A DNA stretch of 64,000 bases from a virus: the IMG/VR virus record IMGVR_UViG_3300003690_000011, positions 3,278 to 67,277 of that record; one strand, given 5' to 3'. The notes beneath the pieces are model-generated. The model was not told the origin of the DNA and made no database searches. It was given only the letters and a program-made list of their open reading frames with translations. A program made the translations under genes and the position numbers. Positions 57,825 to 64,000 of the stretch are shown one piece after another (the stretch's first letter is position 1; the number at the start of each line of letters is the position of its first letter).

Positions 57825-59422
57825 TCTTTTTCCTCTTTATCTTTCGTACTGAGTTCATCAGCAAGTTCGGCTACCATCTTCTCTAAATCTGAAAGCTCAT
57901 CTGTAGCTTCCTCAGCAGATACGGGAGATTTAGATTTAGTCTCACCCTCTTCGGGAGAATCTTCTGTTTCTTCTGGTTCTTCTTTCGGTTCAGCCTCAGA
58001 CGAATCTTTAGTTTCTTCCTCATCATCTTCTTTAGCAATAAGCTCTTTAGTATCAACATTCTCATCGGAGGGATACTCCTGGTCCTTAGTAACTAAAGTT
58101 TGCGCCTTTTCTTTTTTAAGGGCTGCTTTTACCTCGGTTAGATGCTCATCATCAAGAATAACGTTGCTTAATCTAATTATTCCTGTATCCTTAGTTTTTG
58201 AATCTACTAAAAGTTGATTATAACCTGCAATACTGAATAGTTCTCTAATGTAATCGTTTACATCAATTCCTTCTACTCCTGATTTAGTTTTGAATGCGAT
58301 TGCCGCCTCAGATAATACCTGTTTTAATACGCTTCCTTTTGGGGATAGACGAGATAAAGCTTCGAAAATAACTATTTGGGTGTTAATAAGACTTTTAAAA
58401 GATATTGGCTCTTGTAGATTTTGAACATTTATTCCATATTTTTCATTCAAAGATTCGATAACCCCCTGTTTTACATCTTTTTTCATATCAAAAATCGTTG
58501 AAGCAAATTGTTGCACATCTTTTTCGGACACCCCAATACCATCCGTCTGAGCTAAACAATTAGTAAAAGTATCAAATAATGTCTTCTTGGAGGCCAGTGC
58601 AATATAAGGAACTTCCTCTAATACCTCACAAAAAGTATCAATAATATTCTCAGTATTTTCAAATATCATACTGGCTAATTTTCTTATTTTTGAGTTAGAG
58701 GCCCAGATAACTTCAAAGTCTTTTTTAGACTCAAGTAATTCCCTCTTAATAAGTTCCTGTCTACAAATCATTTCATAAATAGATTCAGTAACACCGTCTT
58801 TCAGAGTATAGGACTTATTTTCTAATAATTGAAGATAAGTTAATCTAGGAAAATTAAATGCATTCGAAACAGCATTAGAGAGATTGACCGCATTTTTAAT
58901 TTCGGGAACCACTGAAATTTTATCAAAATTTTCTTTCAGAAATTGTACTAGTTGAGGGGTGACTTCTAATAAATTCTGAAATTCTTTTGATTCTACAATC
59001 TTTTCAGTAGACTGTAATCTGTGCTTTTTTTCAAATAATTTATCCTGTAAAGAATCGAGTTTTACACGGCTTTCCCAGAGAGATAGGAGGTCTCCGAAAG
59101 ATGTATCAGCACTAGCATATTCATTAAAATAAATGTTCTCTACAAATGCATGAAGTTTTTCATTTACATAAGTATCAAATACTTTAGTATCTTCAAAAAT
59201 AGACGAATCTCTAACATCTATATCCTTTAGAGTAATATTTTGATCTATCTTATATTTTCCACTAATTACCTTATTAGTTTGAGTTAGATAAGTAACTACT
59301 TCATTATGGCTATCAATAGAAAAAAGAGCTACATTCTCTCTTAATGATCGACCTATACAATCTCCTAGCTTTACTAAATAGGAAATTTTCCTATCTCTAT
59401 CCTCGAATAAATTTGAAAACAT
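57821..59422 (-). CDS. Prohead core-type protein
   Basis: Directly after the portal; many (L/F/I)-x-E sites; acidic tail. Confidence 0.55.
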   Translation of the reverse strand: MFSNLFEDRDRKISYLVKLGDCIGRSLRENVALFSIDSHNEVVTYLTQTNKVISGKYKIDQNITLKDIDVRDSSIFEDTKVFDTYVNEKLHAFVENIYFNEYASADTSFGDLLSLWESRVKLDSLQDKLFEKKHRLQSTEKIVESKEFQNLLEVTPQLVQFLKENFDKISVVPEIKNAVNLSNAVSNAFNFPRLTYLQLLENKSYTLKDGVTESIYEMICRQELIKRELLESKKDFEVIWASNSKIRKLASMIFENTENIIDTFCEVLEEVPYIALASKKTLFDTFTNCLAQTDGIGVSEKDVQQFASTIFDMKKDVKQGVIESLNEKYGINVQNLQEPISFKSLINTQIVIFEALSRLSPKGSVLKQVLSEAAIAFKTKSGVEGIDVNDYIRELFSIAGYNQLLVDSKTKDTGIIRLSNVILDDEHLTEVKAALKKEKAQTLVTKDQEYPSDENVDTKELIAKEDDEEETKDSSEAEPKEEPEETEDSPEEGETKSKSPVSAEEATDELSDLEKMVAELADELSTKDKEEKE

Positions 59423-59464
59423 AATAATTCTCCGTTCCTAAATTCCTACAGTTATATATGTTAG

Positions 59465-61276
59465 CTAATTACTAACTTCTTTAACTTTTTCTTCTTGTTT
59501 TTGAATTATTCTAGAAATAACAGACTTTTCTCTCTCTTCTAGAACTAAAATATCATTTAAATTGGACAGTTTGGGAACTACTTCCTCATTAGCTGTCGGC
59601 GGTTTATTCTCTGCGCTTTCCTGCCCTCCCGCCGCACCAGGAGGTGCTGTTGGTGCTGGTCCCGCAGTTGGGGGTGCTCCACCACCAGGAGGCAGAGGTG
59701 CCCCAGCAGGAGCCATAGATTCTTGTTGTTCCGCTGCCTCTTTCTGCTCCTGTTGAATCTCTTTCTTCATTCGTCGTACTTCTTCGTCTGTCATGTCATA
59801 GTATTCTTTATAAATCTCTTCTTGAGAGAATAACCCGAGTTGCTGTACAGCCTGAATAACTCTAGTTTTCTGTTCATCAAGATCTAATTTTCTCTTAGCA
59901 GACATATCAGAAGGCTCAGGTAATTGGATCCGTAATTTTTTAATTAAAGACGGAGCAAATCCCCTTAATTGTAGATGACGTTTTGCCATATTTTCTAACC
60001 CCGCTTCAATATTAACTTGAACCCTATGGATAGTACGAGCAAATTTAACGTCTAATTGAGACAGGTTAGCTTTACGCTCAGGAGATTGATCTTTTTCTAC
60101 AATATAATCTTTAGGAACCTTTAATGCTGCGAGTAGTTTATCACGGTAGTAGCGCACATCCTCAATTTCTCCTAGATTAGTTGCTCCAGGGAGAGTATCA
60201 ATTTTTGTACCCTTACCCCCCTTACTAGGGACATAATAATCTTCATCCATACTTAGTGGATTAAATCTCGCGTCCACCGTTCCCCGAGCAGAATTATAAA
60301 ACTTTTCCTTCTTAAATTTTTCCTTAAGACGTTCAATATACATCTCAGCTTTACTAGTAGGAAGATTACCCGTATCTACATAGAATATTCGCCTTTCAGG
60401 AGCGCGAGTGAGACGATAAATAAGCATGGCATCTTCCATCTGTTTAAGAGACCGAAAAATTCTATGACATAACGCAGCAATAGATTTTCCATATGGATAA
60501 AAGATGGAATCAGATGTATGTAATCTATAATGAACAATCTGATTTTTATCTAGTCTAATATATTTAAGAGGTTTTTCAGCTAAGTAATTAGATCCATATG
60601 AAAAACTATCCTCATTAGGAATCTCTTGTAAGAAATTTTTCAGAAAACCAAATTCATTTTCAACTCTAAGAATAAAATTGGGATTTAAAATTTTAATCTT
60701 TTTTATTCCCTCTTCAGGTTTATTTACATTTAAAATAAGTTCTGTAAAACAGTCCCCATATTTTACAGTATTTCTCACTATATCCCATAAGAACCTGTCT
60801 AAACGTACCCTCTTAAAAAGATCCTCAAGTTCATCAACCACCAATTCACTCTCAGATCTAATAGTCCATTTCTCATTTCTTGGACCTCTTTGAGACGCAT
60901 CATCGGCATAAATATCAAAGGAAGCCCCAATTTCAGGATATTCATCCATTTCCTCATAATCTTTATACCGTCTACGTCTGTTCATCTCCAACTGAGGTAG
61001 AATAGGATTCCTGCTAACTCCACCTATAGCAGGACCCCTATCTCCTGTATCCTTGATTACATCTGTATTGATTACAGTATCACCACCGTACCCTGTAGGC
61101 TGCCCTCCATCCATTAATCTTACAGCCTCAGCCTGAGTCTGAGTAGCAAAAAATTTAGCAAAGAATCGTCCTATAGGACCAGTGGGTGTAAAGAATCCCC
61201 CCACTCTACTACCAGTTCCTCCGAATTCTGTGTAGCCTTCTTCTAGAGGTTTTTTGTCTTTTATTTCATCAGCCAT
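59465..61276 (-). CDS. gp20: Portal protein (T4 gp20-like)
   Basis: YEEMD..PEI, KYGD, EDAMLIYR..RAPERRIFYVD.GNLP..KAE, EDYYVP, IDTLPG. Confidence 0.95.
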   Translation of the reverse strand: MADEIKDKKPLEEGYTEFGGTGSRVGGFFTPTGPIGRFFAKFFATQTQAEAVRLMDGGQPTGYGGDTVINTDVIKDTGDRGPAIGGVSRNPILPQLEMNRRRRYKDYEEMDEYPEIGASFDIYADDASQRGPRNEKWTIRSESELVVDELEDLFKRVRLDRFLWDIVRNTVKYGDCFTELILNVNKPEEGIKKIKILNPNFILRVENEFGFLKNFLQEIPNEDSFSYGSNYLAEKPLKYIRLDKNQIVHYRLHTSDSIFYPYGKSIAALCHRIFRSLKQMEDAMLIYRLTRAPERRIFYVDTGNLPTSKAEMYIERLKEKFKKEKFYNSARGTVDARFNPLSMDEDYYVPSKGGKGTKIDTLPGATNLGEIEDVRYYRDKLLAALKVPKDYIVEKDQSPERKANLSQLDVKFARTIHRVQVNIEAGLENMAKRHLQLRGFAPSLIKKLRIQLPEPSDMSAKRKLDLDEQKTRVIQAVQQLGLFSQEEIYKEYYDMTDEEVRRMKKEIQQEQKEAAEQQESMAPAGAPLPPGGGAPPTAGPAPTAPPGAAGGQESAENKPPTANEEVVPKLSNLNDILVLEEREKSVISRIIQKQEEKVKEVSN

Positions 61277-62808
61277 CGTAAATCTTCCTCAATTATCTCC
61301 CCATCCACAGTATTTAATCTAAATTTCCAATTTTTTGAGGGCATAGGCGGCGCGTCTTTGTGTGGAATTTTAGCAATATGTTCAAAAGGTGTCGTGTCCA
61401 ATACATTTTTATATCCATGGACAGCCAAAGCCAAGCTCATAATTAAATCATCATGATGCCCCTTTTCAGCCTCAGGTCTTCCTTGATTTTTCATAATAAA
61501 AGTCATTAATTCGTCACATGTTCTTGTTGAGTTAATTTTGATTAAATCAGTTCTAAGAGCTTCCTCTAAATCCGCTAAAATAGTATCTCTGTTTTTTGCA
61601 GTTACCAAAAAACCTATATCATCTCTCTCATCATACCATAAATTTTCGTATTCATAAATATTAAAGAGCCAATCAATTAAATTATTTCCTATAGTATTAC
61701 GCTCACAAATAACATGAGCTATGTTATATAGCATTCCCTCCTCTGCAATAATCTTGGCAAACTCATTTATTGGTGTTCGATTAGAATAAAATTCCGCTAC
61801 TTGTTGTCCATTGTACATATTAATAACATGAAAAGCTGAATAATCTCTATCACGCCCCAACGCAGTATCACATGCAATTATATAATTATAAAATGGTTGA
61901 GGTTCTTGCCATACCCGCATTCTATTATTATATTTAATATCGTAATTTTCACTAGTTTGAGACGCTATCTCTTTTAATATATCTCCAGCAATATAAGTTT
62001 CGCCTGTTCCCAAGAAGGAACATTCATATTCCTGAAGCCATTGTTTCATAGGCATATTGGCTTTAGTAGTTTTCTCCCACGTATCAACATCAAGACCTTT
62101 GGATTCCATTTCTTTATAAAGCCACGAAAAACCGTCCTCCTGTCGTAGATATTCAGGATGCTCTTGCCAACGAATATCTATGGGATTAAATGAATTGACA
62201 CCTTCTACAGCTTTTTGATAAACCTCATGATACCAATTACCTATACCATTTACGGTGGAAAGAACGAAGGCTCTACCCCCCGTAGAGATAATAGGATAAA
62301 CAGCAGCCCAAATAGTATCAATATTTTCAATAAAGGCAGCCTCATCTATGATTAGAAGAGAGCCCGCTAGTGATCTACCCGACTGCCTACCAGAAGGCCG
62401 AGATTTAATAGTTGAATTGGTTCCTAATTTAAGGGTATGTTTATTATCCTCTACAATTCCTGGTTTAAGAAATTTAGGAAGTTCGTCATACATGAGTTTG
62501 ATCCTATCCAGAACCTCCGTTGCCTCCACATCTCCTTTAGAAAGTATTACTACTTGTTTATGCTTTTGGAAAATTATTACCCATAATGCATAGCTGGCTG
62601 CGATTGTGGTACACCCAGCTTGCCTAAACTTTCTGAGGATATTAAATCTATTATTCTCTAGATTTTTAACTATACGATGTTGAAAAGGGTAGAGCTTAAA
62701 TGGGACAAGCCCCCGTACAGGGTGGGTCACTTTAATATACTCAGAAATAAAGTAGATAGGATCTTCCTTACATCTCTTAAATTCTTCTAATAAATCTTGT
62801 TTTTCCAT
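61261..62808 (-). CDS. gp17: Terminase large subunit (T4 gp17-like)
   Basis: C..DP.YF...Y, FKLYPFQ, RQAGCTT, IIDEAAF, STVNG, QEYEC.F, D...G...DYS, HDDLIM. Confidence 0.95.
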   Translation of the reverse strand: MEKQDLLEEFKRCKEDPIYFISEYIKVTHPVRGLVPFKLYPFQHRIVKNLENNRFNILRKFRQAGCTTIAASYALWVIIFQKHKQVVILSKGDVEATEVLDRIKLMYDELPKFLKPGIVEDNKHTLKLGTNSTIKSRPSGRQSGRSLAGSLLIIDEAAFIENIDTIWAAVYPIISTGGRAFVLSTVNGIGNWYHEVYQKAVEGVNSFNPIDIRWQEHPEYLRQEDGFSWLYKEMESKGLDVDTWEKTTKANMPMKQWLQEYECSFLGTGETYIAGDILKEIASQTSENYDIKYNNRMRVWQEPQPFYNYIIACDTALGRDRDYSAFHVINMYNGQQVAEFYSNRTPINEFAKIIAEEGMLYNIAHVICERNTIGNNLIDWLFNIYEYENLWYDERDDIGFLVTAKNRDTILADLEEALRTDLIKINSTRTCDELMTFIMKNQGRPEAEKGHHDDLIMSLALAVHGYKNVLDTTPFEHIAKIPHKDAPPMPSKNWKFRLNTVDGEIIEEDLRWLMK

Positions 62809-62841
62809 ATAATTTCGATAAATACCTGCATATTATAGTAC

Positions 62842-63534
62842 ATGAGAATATTTGCTATCATATGTACTCGATCTACAGAGGAGGTTACTCCCGTAACCCA
62901 TAAACTTCTCTCATTCTTTCATAAATGCGGTATTGAAATGCTTATATTATCAGGAGCTAACTCAATATTTAAAGCATATAACGGTGCATTTGAAAAAACT
63001 AACGCAAATCCCGACGATATCATAATAATGTGTCATGATGATATAGAAATTAGAGAAAATCCCACTACTTTTATAGAAAAAATTAAAAATACTCTAGATC
63101 GAGATATGGTAGCCTTCGCTGGCCCCGCAGGAACCACTTTTTTAGACAAAGATGCTATTTGGTGGGAACAAGGTAGGTGGAAACAGGGTTTCCATAAAGG
63201 AAAAGTTACGCACATTGATCCTAGGGGTCGGGAATACTTAACATCCTACGGTCCTCCTGACGATGTAGTGGTATTAGATGGTCTATTTTTATGTGCCAAG
63301 GCTGAGATAATTAAAGAAATAGGGTTAAATAAACCTGACTACTTTATAGGAGAGTGGGATTTCTATGACCTCTATTATACATCCTCAGCTTTTACAAAGG
63401 GGTATGTAAATACAATCATTGATATGGATATTGTCCATCACTCTAGAGGTGAATTAGTAGGTAGAGACTCCTGGCACCAAAATAGAGCCGCTTTTATCGA
63501 GAATGTTGAACTTCCTCTAAAAATATTTAAGTAG
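62842..63534 (+). CDS. Glycosyltransferase family 2-like protein
   Basis: SIFKAYN, IIMCHDDI (DxD-like), GPAG, VVVLDGLF, WDFYD, H.S.G. Confidence 0.8.
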   Translation: MRIFAIICTRSTEEVTPVTHKLLSFFHKCGIEMLILSGANSIFKAYNGAFEKTNANPDDIIIMCHDDIEIRENPTTFIEKIKNTLDRDMVAFAGPAGTTFLDKDAIWWEQGRWKQGFHKGKVTHIDPRGREYLTSYGPPDDVVVLDGLFLCAKAEIIKEIGLNKPDYFIGEWDFYDLYYTSSAFTKGYVNTIIDMDIVHHSRGELVGRDSWHQNRAAFIENVELPLKIFK

Positions 63535-63709
63535 ATTTCTTTTTAGAGGCATGCTTCTTTTTAGGAGCTTTTGGAGGGGCAGCAGCCTCTACAACTGGAG
63601 AAGCTACCTCTCCACCAGCGTCTAGTCCTAATTTTCTCCTTAAAACTCTAGCATGCCCACTCTTGGGGTTCATTCTCGATAAACGTTTTTCTAATTTTTC
63701 TCTATTCAT
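63527..63709 (-). CDS. Small basic hypothetical protein
   Basis: 60 aa; AAGGA RBS. Confidence 0.5.
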   Translation of the reverse strand: MNREKLEKRLSRMNPKSGHARVLRRKLGLDAGGEVASPVVEAAAPPKAPKKKHASKKKST

Positions 63710-63844
63710 ATCTTTAGTCCTTTTCCATGTTTCTTTTTTGATTCTTTAGTAAAAAAAGCTTTGAGTTTCTTTTTGAGTTTCTCATTTTTTTCAAAATATT
63801 TAGGACCCTTATTATAAAAACTCTGCTTCTTTTTTTTCAAATGT

Positions 63845-64000
63845 TATTTATCAACTCCAGAGTAATAAGGAGGATTAGCAAGCCTAGGAGGCCAGAGAGA
63901 CGCAGGGAGGCTGGCATGTTCTTCAACTGCCTCTACCCTTTTTGTACCTTCTGTTTCTAAAATCCAAATAGCTCCCCTCCAAATACCAAAAATACAACCC
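63845..64000 (-). CDS. 3' end of a gene running in from beyond the window
   Basis: Open frame GLYFGIWRGAIWILE...PYYSGVDK*. Confidence 0.4.

Noticed and set aside
63706-63840. 44-codon Lys-rich TTG-start ORF on the minus strand
   Set aside because: It fills a gap and couples to the next gene, but it is short, low-complexity and has no SD, so support is too weak.
1-64000. Stop-codon reassignment as an explanation of the split genes
   Set aside because: Long genes tile the window in the standard code, TAA, TAG and TGA all end genes, and the breaks involve frame changes rather than in-frame stops.

Overview
The window is a gene-dense, AT-rich segment of a large T4-like myophage genome in the standard genetic code. 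It holds almost the whole morphogenesis set on the minus strand: terminase, portal, prohead core, protease, scaffold, major capsid, neck, sheath, tube, PAAR, baseplate gp6/gp7/gp25/gp53/gp48/gp5/gp26-like, tape measure and large receptor-binding-type proteins. Single replication and transcription genes are scattered among these, often divergently: a fragmented UDG-exonuclease-PolA, a gp55-like sigma factor, a Holliday junction resolvase, a PD-(D/E)XK nuclease, a primase, a UvsW-like helicase and a GT2-like glycosyltransferase. Main observations: (1) a complete formylglycine-type sulfatase domain fused to a LamG-containing protein encoded between the spike and gp25 genes; (2) a family of leader plus Arg-rich cargo proteins resembling T4 internal head proteins, three of them in an array inside the split DNA polymerase locus with a duplication scar; (3) a PolA split into at least three ORFs; (4) an in-phase -1 slippery site joining the gp26-like gene to a downstream ORF with no obvious start; (5) compact TATAATAG-type motifs at divergent gene junctions. 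Two frameshifting deletions (polymerase, helicase) are probably assembly errors. All assignments come from motif recognition and synteny by eye. No database search was run.
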